Positions 1 through 10,152 of a stretch of 63,498 nucleotides of DNA are shown one piece after another (positions within the stretch are counted from its first letter, which is position 1; each line of letters opens with the position of its first letter). The stretch comes from Candidatus Aenigmatarchaeota archaeon (lineage in GTDB: Archaea; Aenigmatarchaeota; Aenigmatarchaeia; Aenigmatarchaeales; JAHLMR01), in the NCBI GenBank assembly GCA_018920255.1, contig JAHLMR010000002.1, forward strand, positions 1 to 63,498, written 5' to 3'. Below the pieces are notes generated by a model. It had not been told where the DNA came from and made no database searches. It worked only from the letters and a program-made list of their open reading frames with translations. Made by a program: the position numbers and the translations under genes.

Positions 1-82
1 TGAAAAATTTGCTAATGAAATTAGTGAAACTTTTGGAGTTTATGCTGAAGCACCAGAAAATGGAGATGTAATAAAAATATGA
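1..82 (+). CDS. 3' end (last 26 codons plus stop) of a second beta-CASP/metallo-beta-lactamase RNase copy, cut by the window edge
   Basis: nt 1-82 are identical to 9020-9101 (...EKFANEISETFGVYAEAPENGDVIKI*). It has the same ATGA stop/start overlap with the following GT4 gene. Confidence 0.7.
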   Translation, partial: EKFANEISETFGVYAEAPENGDVIKI

Positions 83-1103
83 AAGAAAAAATTTTATTAA
101 TAAGATCTAAAGTAAAAGATTCCAAAATTACATGTGGTCCGGATAGATTTGGGTTAGAATTAGAAAATGGATTAAGAAAAAAATATGATGTTGAAACTAT
201 ACAAATATCTAAATATCATGAATTATTTTGGTTAGTACCATATTTAATTATAAAATCAAAAGCAAAATTAATTATTTCAATACACTCAGATATTTGGTTT
301 ACACCTTTTTTGTCAAATAAGAAAGCAATACTTACAGTTCATGATCTCTTTCCATTTACTCTTTCAACACCTTTTTATAAAAACGTTTTATTGAAATATT
401 TAGTAAAGATTTTTTTGTTTATAATATGGAGGCTTTCTTTTTATAATAATTCATTTTTAGTTTCAAATTCATCTCAAACAGCAAAAGAATTAAAAATATT
501 TTTTGGAAAAGAATCAAAAATAATAAATCATGGTGTAGACATAAATAAATTTAAATCTTTTAAATTTAAAAAATTAAAACAACCAATAAAGCTAGGATTT
601 TTTTCTCATTTTATTTATAGAAAAGGAATAGATATAGCAATAAATATTTATGAAAAATTAAAGAATAAAATTAATTGTGAATTAATTCTTGCCGGTGGAA
701 AATTCAAAAAAACATCAACAAGAATTATTGATATAGAAAAATTAATAAAAAATGATAAGAATGTTAAAATTTTAGGTAGAATTCCAGATAAAGATGTACC
801 AAAATTATATAATTCATTTGATTTCTTTCTCTTTCCAAGTAGAGCTGAAGGTTTTGGACTTCCTATTCTTGAAGCAGCAGCTTGCGGAATACCTGTATTT
901 ACATTAAAATCAGCACATATACCGGAAGAAGTAAAAAAAGCAAGTATTGTTTGTAAAGATGAAGATGAGATAGTTGAAAAAATAATAGAATTATCAAAAA
1001 ATAAAAAATTGTATGATAAAATTAGATTTGAAAAAATGAAATATGCAAGAAAATTTACTTGGGATAAATGTGTTAATGAATATGATAAATTAATACAAAA
1101 ATG
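1..1103 (+). repeat. copy A of a ~1.1-kb direct segmental duplication
   Basis: Colinear with 9020-10122 at a constant offset of 9019 nt. Blocks of identity alternate with diverged blocks. Confidence 0.85.
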
Positions 1104-1119
1104 TTTTTTACATAAATAA
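79..1119 (+). CDS. glycosyltransferase family 4 (GT-B), paralog A
   Basis: C-terminal SRAEGFGLPILEAAACGIPV motif typical of GT4. Paralog of 9098-10147. Confidence 0.85.
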   Translation: MKEKILLIRSKVKDSKITCGPDRFGLELENGLRKKYDVETIQISKYHELFWLVPYLIIKSKAKLIISIHSDIWFTPFLSNKKAILTVHDLFPFTLSTPFYKNVLLKYLVKIFLFIIWRLSFYNNSFLVSNSSQTAKELKIFFGKESKIINHGVDINKFKSFKFKKLKQPIKLGFFSHFIYRKGIDIAINIYEKLKNKINCELILAGGKFKKTSTRIIDIEKLIKNDKNVKILGRIPDKDVPKLYNSFDFFLFPSRAEGFGLPILEAAACGIPVFTLKSAHIPEEVKKASIVCKDEDEIVEKIIELSKNKKLYDKIRFEKMKYARKFTWDKCVNEYDKLIQKCFLHK

Positions 1120-1134
1120 TTTAAAATTTCAAAT

Positions 1135-2298
1135 ATGGAGAAAGATAAAAATATGAAAAAAATGAAAATTTGTATGGTTTTAGATTATTATTATCCATAT
1201 GTTGGTGGAATAGAAAGAGATTTTTTTAATCTTGCAAAAAATTTAGTTAAATTAGGGCATGATGTTTATGTAATATCATTAAAGGTTCCAAATACAAATA
1301 GTTATGAAGAAATAGACGGTATAAAAATATATAGAGTATATTCACCAATTAAAAATAGATTTATTGCATGTTTTTTTATGATACCAAAAATATTAAAAAT
1401 AGCAAAGAATTGTCTTTTTATTCACACATCTACTTATGGTTCACTAATCCCTTCATGGATATGTAAAAATATTTTAAGAAAAAAGTGTATAATAACCATT
1501 CATGAAGTCTTTAATGATTTATGGTATTTTATTTATAAATCAAAAATAAAAGCATTTATCGCAAAATTATTTGAAAGATTTTTATTATTATTTAATTTTG
1601 ATTTATATATTGTTCATTCTAATTTTACTAAAAATAGGCTTGCTTTATTTAAACCAAAAGAAAAAATAAAATTAAGCTGTTCTGGAATAGATTATAATTA
1701 TTTTAATAGAAAAAAAACTAAACCTAAACTTGCAAGAAAAGAATTGGGATTAAAAAATGAAAAAATTTTTGCTTATTTTGGAAGGCCAGGACCAACAAAA
1801 GGCCTTGAATATTTTATAAATTCGTTTGAAGAAATAGCTTCAAAAATACCAAATGTAAGATTTTTGCTTGTTTTATCAACTGAGCCAAAAGAAGGCTATG
1901 AATATGTAAAAAAACTTATTTCTGAAAGTTCTGTAAAAGATAAAATAATTCTTCATAAAAGTATACCTTTATTTTCAGAAAAAGGAAAAGCATGCTTACG
2001 TGACTATATGGCAGCCGCGGATTGTATTGTTGTACCATCAATTTCAGAAGGCTTTGGTATAGTTGCTGCTGAAGCATGTGCTTTAGATGTTCCTGTTGTT
2101 GCAAGTAATACAGCATCATTACCAGAAGTTGTTTCTGGAAAATATTTATTAGTTAAACCAAGAGACCCTCATGCCATAGCAAAAGCATGTATAAAAGTTT
2201 GTAAAGGAAAATTTAAAAAGTCAAAGAAAAAACTTTTTACAATAGAAATGAGAGTTAAAAGTCATTTGAGCATATATAAAGATTTATTAAATTGTTAA
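1135..2298 (+). CDS. glycosyltransferase family 4
   Basis: YPYVGGIE N-terminus and SISEGFGIVAAEACALDVPVV motif. 387 aa. Confidence 0.85.
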   Translation: MEKDKNMKKMKICMVLDYYYPYVGGIERDFFNLAKNLVKLGHDVYVISLKVPNTNSYEEIDGIKIYRVYSPIKNRFIACFFMIPKILKIAKNCLFIHTSTYGSLIPSWICKNILRKKCIITIHEVFNDLWYFIYKSKIKAFIAKLFERFLLLFNFDLYIVHSNFTKNRLALFKPKEKIKLSCSGIDYNYFNRKKTKPKLARKELGLKNEKIFAYFGRPGPTKGLEYFINSFEEIASKIPNVRFLLVLSTEPKEGYEYVKKLISESSVKDKIILHKSIPLFSEKGKACLRDYMAAADCIVVPSISEGFGIVAAEACALDVPVVASNTASLPEVVSGKYLLVKPRDPHAIAKACIKVCKGKFKKSKKKLFTIEMRVKSHLSIYKDLLNC

Positions 2299-3296
2299 CT
2301 TTTAACCTTTTCTTTAAGTAATTTAATTAATAAATCTATCCCTCGAATCTTTTTACTTTTATATTTTTTATTTAATTTTTCTATTGTTTTTTCATTATCT
2401 AAATTTAACATTTTTATAATACCATCTTGATTTCTAATTTCATCAGATATTTTTAATTGAATTTTCCTTTCATCGTCTGAAAACATATCTAATTTTTTTA
2501 TAAATTCTGTATAATGTTTAATTCTATTTATAAAAACTACTAAAGAAAAATTTGTGATAAATGTAATAATACTATTTAGATAAAAAACTATAAAATATTC
2601 TAATTTAGAAAGCTCTGTATTTTCATTTTTTCTTAAAATTTTTAAATAAATATCTATAATCTTTTTTATTATTTTGTATAAAAATTTATTTCTAATTCTA
2701 TATTCTAATTCTTTTTTTAATCCATTAAAAGATAGTCTAAATTGATAGTATTCTATTTTTGGATATTCTCTAAATTTAGATGAAACATTATGATATAATA
2801 AATATTTTTTTTCTAAGTTAAACAGTTTACCAGTTATTTCAGGATGTTCATGGAGAATTCCTCTATAAATAACTTTATTTTTATTAAAAAATCTTATAAC
2901 GTGATCATAGGCTTCTGCATTTCCGCCAAAATCAATATTATTAATAAATTTATTTAATCTATAAATTCTATATGCATCATATTTTGGATTTTTTAAAATT
3001 TCTAATATTTTTTTCTTTAAATTGCTACTAATCAATTCATCTGCATCTAAAAGAAAAACCCAATCATTTTTACACTTTTTAAGACCATACATTCTTAATG
3101 TTTCAACACAGCCTAATGGAACAATATAAATTAATTTTATTTTTTTATATTTTTCTTTTAATTTTTTATTTTTTTCAAATATTTCTTTATCACTGGAATC
3201 TATTATTACTATTTCATCTGCTATATCATATACGTTTTTAATTAAAGGTAAAATATTTTCATTTCTTGTAAAATTAAGTATAGATAACTTTTCCAT
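2295..3296 (-). CDS. glycosyltransferase family 2-like (GT-A)
   Basis: IIDSSD and LLDADE (DxD) motifs in the N-terminal half. Sits in the glycosylation cluster. Confidence 0.7.
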   Translation of the reverse strand: MEKLSILNFTRNENILPLIKNVYDIADEIVIIDSSDKEIFEKNKKLKEKYKKIKLIYIVPLGCVETLRMYGLKKCKNDWVFLLDADELISSNLKKKILEILKNPKYDAYRIYRLNKFINNIDFGGNAEAYDHVIRFFNKNKVIYRGILHEHPEITGKLFNLEKKYLLYHNVSSKFREYPKIEYYQFRLSFNGLKKELEYRIRNKFLYKIIKKIIDIYLKILRKNENTELSKLEYFIVFYLNSIITFITNFSLVVFINRIKHYTEFIKKLDMFSDDERKIQLKISDEIRNQDGIIKMLNLDNEKTIEKLNKKYKSKKIRGIDLLIKLLKEKVKS

Positions 3297-3304
3297 TTAA
3301 TCAC

Positions 3305-4801
3305 TTAAAGTAATTTAAATATAATAGTTTCTCTATTTTCAAAAACCTTTTCAAAATGTTTTGTATCTTGTAACATAGTATTAATAAAAGTAGGAGTAAA
3401 TGCACCAATAATATTTGATTCTGGAATTATATAATCTCTTCCTACAAATGCAGACCAAATTAAAATATAGGATACATTATATTTTTTTAATATTTCATAA
3501 TCATATGTTGAGTTTGTTCCACGCATCAATTCAGGAAATTCTTCTCCGATGCTTACCGAACTTCTTTCTCCATATATTTTAAGAGCCCCAGCATAAACGG
3601 TAAATATTTTATCATAAGTATTTGTATTTTCTTTTATCCATTTTAGTGCAGCAATATAATCTGGTGTATATCTTATTGATTTTGAAGTTAAGTCTATTGT
3701 ATTAAAAGTATTTAGTAGCGAAAATAAAAGTAAAATAAATATAATAATTACTATGAAATATTCTATTATTCTTTTTTTCTTTATAAGTTCATATAAAAAA
3801 TAAGCATTAATAATAGCTATTTGTGGAAAAATTATTGTTAAATATCTTGTTTCTAAAATTCTTTCACTAAAAATATAAGATTCTATAAATAATAAAATAA
3901 AAAGAATAATAAATATAAGCATTAAAATATATTCAATTTTTCTTTCTTGTAAAATTAAAATAAATGCAAAAATTAAAAGAATAAATTGAATAAAACCAAA
4001 CGTATTTATAAAAAATGGTATTGATGGAATAGCATAAGAAAGAGTTGAAGTAGCTTCTTTAATCCAAGAGATTTCTTTTATCGGATATTTAAAAAAATAA
4101 TTTAAAAATGGCATATTCGGATAGTTAAATTTTATTATATTCATAATAACATGTGGTAATAATATTGAAGATGTGATTAAAATAAAAATTAATAAAAATT
4201 TAATATTTTTGTTTTTTAAATATTCATAGATAAGATAACAAAATGTTAAAAATATTAATAAAACCCCAGAATTTTTAAAATAAAATGATATAGCAGAAAA
4301 TATACTTAAAAATATTAAATTTTCTATAGTTTTATTTTTATCAAATCTTATTATAGAATAAATAATTAAAGCTGAAAAAAATGCAATCTGAGCATCTACA
4401 TATGCTATAAGTGAAAGATGAAAAAGAAGTGGAAATGATAATAAAAATAAAGTACATACAATTGAAAAATATATATTTTCTATTTTTTTTCCAAGAAAAT
4501 ATATTATAAATAAAAGAAATACTGTAAACATTGCAGTAAAAATATGACTTATTGTTAAAATTTCAAGATAATTATTAAAAAATAATGATGGTATACCAGT
4601 AATTGCATAAAAAAATAATGTTTGGCCCGATTCACTTAAATTTTCAGGATATATTTCACCGTTAATAAATTTTTTTGAATATACAATTCTTTCTTCATCC
4701 TCACCGAGCATCGGTGTTATACTTGCAGAATAAATTAAATAAATACCAAATATTAAAATTAAAATTATTACAATTTTTTCCAAGGTTTTTTTATTTATCA
4801 T
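3305..4801 (-). CDS. polytopic membrane glycosyltransferase, GT39/ArnT-PMT-like
   Basis: 498 aa with many hydrophobic helices and a C-terminal soluble domain. The stop/start overlaps the upstream polyprenol-P GT gene. Confidence 0.55.
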   Translation of the reverse strand: MINKKTLEKIVIILILIFGIYLIYSASITPMLGEDEERIVYSKKFINGEIYPENLSESGQTLFFYAITGIPSLFFNNYLEILTISHIFTAMFTVFLLFIIYFLGKKIENIYFSIVCTLFLLSFPLLFHLSLIAYVDAQIAFFSALIIYSIIRFDKNKTIENLIFLSIFSAISFYFKNSGVLLIFLTFCYLIYEYLKNKNIKFLLIFILITSSILLPHVIMNIIKFNYPNMPFLNYFFKYPIKEISWIKEATSTLSYAIPSIPFFINTFGFIQFILLIFAFILILQERKIEYILMLIFIILFILLFIESYIFSERILETRYLTIIFPQIAIINAYFLYELIKKKRIIEYFIVIIIFILLLFSLLNTFNTIDLTSKSIRYTPDYIAALKWIKENTNTYDKIFTVYAGALKIYGERSSVSIGEEFPELMRGTNSTYDYEILKKYNVSYILIWSAFVGRDYIIPESNIIGAFTPTFINTMLQDTKHFEKVFENRETIIFKLL

Positions 4802-5703
4802 TTATTCTCACTTAAATTTTTTATTTGTCTAATTATATCTCTTTTTGTATTTATAATTATAGAACCTAAAAGTCCAGCTAAAAAGAACATTATACCAACT
4901 GTGATTATAATAGCATCTAATGTTACTAACAAAGAATGAGAAATTCCTAAAAACCAATCATAAACTATATAAATTCCAAGCAAGATTCCAATTAAAGTGA
5001 AAAATATACCAAATGCACCAAAAAATAATAAAGGATTTTGATATCTAGCTAATCTTATAATTAGCGTAATTATTCTAAAACCATCTGAAATTGGATTTAA
5101 TTTTGTTTTTCCTTCTCTTTTATAATAAGAAATATCTACAACAGCTATTTTTTGGTTATTTTTTACTGCTTCTACACTAATCTCAGTTTCAATACCAAAA
5201 CCAGATTCTTTTAAAAATAGTTCACGTAATGATTTTGTTTTAAAAGCTCTATATCCTGTACATATGTCCTTTAAACAAATTCCATAAACAAATGCAAAAA
5301 AATTATTAATGAGTTTATTCCCAAAAAAATTAAATCTTGTAAATGATTTTTTATTTTTTTCAAGCAATCTGTTTCCTATAACCTGATCATACCCTTTTTC
5401 TAATTCAGCTAATAATTTATCTGCTTCATTAGCATCATATGTTTTATCTGCATCAACTAATATACAATATTCTGTTTCAACTTTATCAATAGCTTCAATA
5501 ACAGCTTTTCCTTTTCCTTTTCCTGATTGTAAAATTACTTTAGCACCTCTTGAAGCAGCAATATCTCTTGTTTTATCTGTACTATGTCCATCTATTACAA
5601 GAATATTTTTAAATCCATTTTCTTTAAAAGAATCTATTACATCACCTATTCCTTTCTCTTCATTAAGAGTAGGAATTATAATTGTTACATTATCTTTATT
5701 CAT
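4798..5703 (-). CDS. polyprenol(dolichol)-phosphate glycosyltransferase, GT2 (DPM1/GtrB-like)
   Basis: IIIPTLNEE and VDADKTY motifs plus two C-terminal TM helices. Confidence 0.8.
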   Translation of the reverse strand: MNKDNVTIIIPTLNEEKGIGDVIDSFKENGFKNILVIDGHSTDKTRDIAASRGAKVILQSGKGKGKAVIEAIDKVETEYCILVDADKTYDANEADKLLAELEKGYDQVIGNRLLEKNKKSFTRFNFFGNKLINNFFAFVYGICLKDICTGYRAFKTKSLRELFLKESGFGIETEISVEAVKNNQKIAVVDISYYKREGKTKLNPISDGFRIITLIIRLARYQNPLLFFGAFGIFFTLIGILLGIYIVYDWFLGISHSLLVTLDAIIITVGIMFFLAGLLGSIIINTKRDIIRQIKNLSENK

Positions 5704-5787
5704 TTGAACACACCAATATTTTTATTTATAAAACTTATAAATATTTAAATTTAAATATTCTTAAGATAATTTTGAGGTAAGATAAAA

Positions 5788-7830
5788 ATGAATATATCTA
5801 AATTTTTAGAAAAATCTTGGATTTTAATACTTTTAATAATTTTTATAATTTCATTTTGGGTTCGTGCAGTAGGCATTATACCAGATAAAATTTTATCATA
5901 TGATCCGGTTTTTGAATATAGATATCTTAGATATTTAGTAGATTTTGGTACAATTCCAGTATGGGATGAATTGGGTTATTATGTTGGAAGACCATCAGGG
6001 GTTTTTGGACCAGCATTACCTCAGGAAATTTTAACAATTTTTATTTATAATTTATTAAAATTTTTTATTTCAATTAGCTTAATAACTGCTGCAACTTATT
6101 CTGCAGCATTTTTTGGTGCATTAATACCAATAGCAGCATTTTTATTAGTTAGAGAAATTTCAAATAATAATTGGGGTGCATTATTATCTGCAGCATTAAT
6201 TGGTACTGCACCACAAATTTTAATAAGAACATTTGGTGCAAGTTATGATACAGACCAGCTAGTCTTATTTTTTATATTAGTTACACTTTGGTTAGGAATA
6301 AGAGTTATAAAATTTAAAACACCTTCATCTATATTTTTAGCAACAACAGGGTTCTTTTTATTTGCAACAATGTGGAATATGTTCACTTATACATTAATCC
6401 TTTCATTTGCTTTTTTTATTTTTTATTTTATTTTTTCATATATACATAAATTTGGAATAAAAACAATTAACTTTCAAAAAATTAAAGAAAATATATTTTA
6501 TTTTAAGAATGAAATAGTTTCATTATTGGTTTTATTTTTTTCATTATTTGTTTTTCTTATTTTAAACAGAACAAATTTAATTGAATTAATATTTAATATA
6601 TTAGGTTTTGCATTTGCTGCAGAAAAACTTATTGTTAATATTTCTATTGCAGAACTTCAAACAGTTTCTTTACTTGATGTTTCTACTTGGATACTTTCTA
6701 TGGGAAGAATAATGATAGGAAATGAACTTGTAGACATTATTATTTTCTCATTTTTCATATCTATGATTTTATTTTCTTTGTATTATTTATATAAAAATAA
6801 AAAAATATTTGAATTTAGTATTTTGTTTACTCTTATAGTTTTTGGTTCCTATACTGTTATAAGAGGAATAAGATTTACAGAATTTACTTCAGCTTTATTT
6901 TTATCGATTATAGGTATAGGTTTTAGTTATTTTCTTATATTTTTAAAAGATGAAAAAATTTATAAAAGTATTTTAATTGGCTTAGCTATTTTTACTGTAT
7001 TAATATCTTTTTCAATTGCAATAGAAATGGGTCCAAAACTTGGGCCAGATACAGATAAAAATTGGAATGATGCTTGGGAATTTTTAAAGAAAAATACAAA
7101 TGAATTATCTTTAGTTGGTACATGGTGGGATCCAGGACACATGATTGCAGGATTAGCTGAAAGAAGAAATTTAGCAGATGGTGCACACTGTGGAAATAAA
7201 GATTGTCTTTTTGGAATAAATGATAGAATAACAGATACCGGAAGAATATTTTCAATTGAAAATGAAACTGAAGCATTAAATTTAATAAGAAAATATAAAG
7301 GAACAAGTCCAGAAGTTTATTGGATAGCATCTTCAGATCTAATTGGAAAATTCCAATGGATACAATATTTTGGAACAGGATGCGATGCAAGAAAGGAGCA
7401 AAGATGTCCGCTTTATTTACAAATAGGATTGCAAAATATAAATAATTCTGAATATGGAAGTTTAATATTAAATTATGGAAATATTAAAATTTTATTAAAA
7501 GATAATAAACTAATACCAATTTATATAGAAAAAAGAAATGGAATGTTATTTTCGGAAATAATTTATTATGAAAATGAAAAAATAAAATCTATAAAAGATA
7601 TAGAAATAAATTCTACAGAAATAGGTAAAGAATTAAATATAAAACTTTTAAATCAAACTATTCCTTATTCTTTATATTTATCAAAAAAAGCAGAGTATAT
7701 AGTAATAATACCACCAAATTTAAGAAACAGTATATTTACAAAGATGTTTTTCTTTGATGGAGAAGGTTTAACAAATTTTGAAAAGGTATTTAGTAATGAA
7801 GATGTTAAAATTTTTAAAGTAAAACTATGA
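5788..7830 (+). CDS. aglB: archaeal oligosaccharyltransferase AglB (STT3 family)
   Basis: Multi-TM N-terminal domain followed by a TWWDPGH motif (WWDYG-type). 680 aa. Confidence 0.85.
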   Translation: MNISKFLEKSWILILLIIFIISFWVRAVGIIPDKILSYDPVFEYRYLRYLVDFGTIPVWDELGYYVGRPSGVFGPALPQEILTIFIYNLLKFFISISLITAATYSAAFFGALIPIAAFLLVREISNNNWGALLSAALIGTAPQILIRTFGASYDTDQLVLFFILVTLWLGIRVIKFKTPSSIFLATTGFFLFATMWNMFTYTLILSFAFFIFYFIFSYIHKFGIKTINFQKIKENIFYFKNEIVSLLVLFFSLFVFLILNRTNLIELIFNILGFAFAAEKLIVNISIAELQTVSLLDVSTWILSMGRIMIGNELVDIIIFSFFISMILFSLYYLYKNKKIFEFSILFTLIVFGSYTVIRGIRFTEFTSALFLSIIGIGFSYFLIFLKDEKIYKSILIGLAIFTVLISFSIAIEMGPKLGPDTDKNWNDAWEFLKKNTNELSLVGTWWDPGHMIAGLAERRNLADGAHCGNKDCLFGINDRITDTGRIFSIENETEALNLIRKYKGTSPEVYWIASSDLIGKFQWIQYFGTGCDARKEQRCPLYLQIGLQNINNSEYGSLILNYGNIKILLKDNKLIPIYIEKRNGMLFSEIIYYENEKIKSIKDIEINSTEIGKELNIKLLNQTIPYSLYLSKKAEYIVIIPPNLRNSIFTKMFFFDGEGLTNFEKVFSNEDVKIFKVKL

Positions 7831-9101
7831 GAAAGATTTTTATGAAATTTTATTGTTTAGGAGGTTTTAGAGAAGTTGGAAGAAATGCTATATTATTAGA
7901 AACTTCTAAAGAAAATGTTCTTTTAGATTATGGAATAAAGGTAGAAACAAATGAATTGCCGTTATCCATAAATAAAAAAATAGATGCATTAATTCTTTGT
8001 CATCCACATTTAGATCATTGTGGTGCAATACCAACACTATATAAGAAAAAATTATATAAATTTCCATTATATTCAACAGCAGCATCTTTAGATCAATCGC
8101 ATTTATTATGGAAAGATAGCATGAAGGTAGCAAAATTGAAAGGAAAAAAACAAGTTTTTAATGATTCTGATATTCAAAGAACAAAACAAAATGAAAATAG
8201 AATAACTTTTGGTCAAAGATTTGAAATAGGAAATTTAAATATAGAAGTTCATTTTGCTGGTCACGTACCAGGCTCGCTTATGCCTGTAATTGAATATAAA
8301 GATAAAAGAATTTTATATACAAGTGATTTTAATACATTAGATACAAGATTACTAAAAGGTGCTAATATAAAAGAGTTTAAAGATATAGACATTTTAATAA
8401 CAGAAAGCACATATGCTGATCGTGAACATCCAAAAAGAGAAGAAGTTGAAAAAGAATTTATAAAATCTGTTGAAGAAACAATAGAAAACGGAGGAGTAGC
8501 ATTAATTCCTGTTTTTGCCGTAGGAAGAGCAGCTGAAATAATGTTAGTTTTAAATTCTTCTAATCCAGACTATCCGATTTATCTTGATGGTATGGCAAGA
8601 GAAGCAACTGAAATTGCATTAAGATATCCAGAACTATTAAAAGATCCAGAAGCACTTCGTAATGCTATGGATAAAATTATACCATTATATACAGATGACG
8701 AAAGAAAAGAAGCAATAAAGTCTCCATGTGCAATAATAACAACAGGAGGATGTTTGGAAGGTGGACCAATTATATTTTATCTTTCACAACTTCATGATAT
8801 TGAAAACTCATCATTACTTTTTACAGGTTATCAAATTCCAAATACAGCAGGAAGAAAAGTATTAGAAACAGGAAGATTTATAACAAATGAATTAAATTTT
8901 AAAATAAAAATGAAAATAAAAAGTTTTGATTTTTCAGCACACATAGGAAGAACACAACTTTTAAATTTCATAAAAACATTAAATCCAGAAAAAGTAATAT
9001 GTATGCATGGAGATAACTGTGAAAAATTTGCTAATGAAATTAGTGAAACTTTTGGAGTTTATGCTGAAGCACCAGAAAATGGAGATGTAATAAAAATATG
9101 A
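7827..9101 (+). CDS. beta-CASP metallo-beta-lactamase RNase (aCPSF2-like, no KH domains)
   Basis: HPHLDHCG (HxHxDH) motif and C-terminal CMHGD. ATGA overlaps with both neighbours. Confidence 0.85.
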   Translation: MRKIFMKFYCLGGFREVGRNAILLETSKENVLLDYGIKVETNELPLSINKKIDALILCHPHLDHCGAIPTLYKKKLYKFPLYSTAASLDQSHLLWKDSMKVAKLKGKKQVFNDSDIQRTKQNENRITFGQRFEIGNLNIEVHFAGHVPGSLMPVIEYKDKRILYTSDFNTLDTRLLKGANIKEFKDIDILITESTYADREHPKREEVEKEFIKSVEETIENGGVALIPVFAVGRAAEIMLVLNSSNPDYPIYLDGMAREATEIALRYPELLKDPEALRNAMDKIIPLYTDDERKEAIKSPCAIITTGGCLEGGPIIFYLSQLHDIENSSLLFTGYQIPNTAGRKVLETGRFITNELNFKIKMKIKSFDFSAHIGRTQLLNFIKTLNPEKVICMHGDNCEKFANEISETFGVYAEAPENGDVIKI

Positions 9102-10122
9102 AAGAAAAAATTTTATTAATAAGATCTAAAATAAAAAATTTAAAATTTATAACTGGTCCGAGTAGAGTAGGCTTAGAATTAGAAAAGGGATTAAGAAAAA
9201 AATATGATGTTGAAACTATACAAATATCTAAATATCATGAATTATTTTGGTTAGTACCATATTTAATTATAAAATCAAAAGCAAAAATAGTCATCTGTAT
9301 AGGAACAGATTATGGTTATTTTATACCATTTTTATCAAGTAAAAAAGCAATAGTTATATTTCATGATCTTTTTCCTTTTACTCTTCAAACCCAATTGTAT
9401 AAAAATTTTTTAGGAAAATATTTAATAAAAATCTTTTTATTTATTATGTGGAAATTAGCTTCTTTAAATTTTCTTTTGGTTTCAGATTCATCTCAAACAG
9501 CAAAAGAACTAAAAATATTTTTTGGAAAAGAATCAGAAGTTATAAATCTTGGTGTGGATATAAATAGATTTAAACCCCTTAAATTTAAAAAATTAAAAGA
9601 ACCAATAAAGCTAGGATTTTTTTCTCATTTTATTTATAGAAAAGGAGTAGATATAGCAATAAATATTTATGAAAAATTAAAGAATAAAATTAATTGTGAA
9701 TTAATTCTTGTTGGAGGAAAATTCACAAGAACAACAATAAAAGTTGTTGATATAGAAAAATTAATAAAAAATGATAAGAACGTTAAAATTTTAGGTAGAA
9801 TTCCAGATAAAGATGTACCAAAATTATATAATTCATTTGATTTCTTTCTCTTTCCAAGTAGATCTGAAGGTTTTGGACTTCCTATTCTTGAAGCAGCAGC
9901 TTGTGGAATACCTGTATTTACATTAGAATCAGCACATATACCGGAAGAAGTAAAAAAAGCAAGTATTGTTTGTAAAGATGAAGATGAGATAGTTGAAAAA
10001 ATAATAGAATTATCAAAAAATAAAAAATTGTATGATAAAATTAGATTTGAAAAAATGAAATATGCAAGAAAATTTACTTGGGATAAATGTGTTAATGAAT
10101 ATGATAAATTAATACAAAAATC
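9020..10122 (+). repeat. copy B of the ~1.1-kb direct segmental duplication
   Basis: See copy A (1-1103). Confidence 0.85.
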
Positions 10123-10147
10123 ATTAAAAGAAATAAATAACAATTAA
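9098..10147 (+). CDS. glycosyltransferase family 4, paralog B
   Basis: 349 aa. Mosaic identity to 79-1119. SRSEGFGLPILEAAACGIPV motif. Confidence 0.85.
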   Translation: MKEKILLIRSKIKNLKFITGPSRVGLELEKGLRKKYDVETIQISKYHELFWLVPYLIIKSKAKIVICIGTDYGYFIPFLSSKKAIVIFHDLFPFTLQTQLYKNFLGKYLIKIFLFIMWKLASLNFLLVSDSSQTAKELKIFFGKESEVINLGVDINRFKPLKFKKLKEPIKLGFFSHFIYRKGVDIAINIYEKLKNKINCELILVGGKFTRTTIKVVDIEKLIKNDKNVKILGRIPDKDVPKLYNSFDFFLFPSRSEGFGLPILEAAACGIPVFTLESAHIPEEVKKASIVCKDEDEIVEKIIELSKNKKLYDKIRFEKMKYARKFTWDKCVNEYDKLIQKSLKEINNN

Positions 10148-10152
10148 AATAT

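Noticed and set aside
9667-10143. 158-aa minus-strand ORF
   Set aside because: It is antisense to the GT4 paralog B. This is the typical long shadow ORF of an AT-rich gene. The same judgement applies to these track ORFs:
- 1916-2119
- 6960-7390
- 7906-8133
- 18421-18669
- 22841-23026
- 24324-24794
- 25634-25828
- 26174-26787
- 27324-27554
- 29375-29569
- 30350-30760
- 32700-32882
- 33840-34052
- 35403-35684
- 37068-37310
- 38179-38466
- 39140-39346
- 40268-40480
- 41037-41231
- 43928-44296
- 45222-45458
- 49089-49310
- 50177-50371
- 52234-52425
- 52869-53069
- 53235-53435
- 54021-54206
- 55069-55308
- 57527-57840
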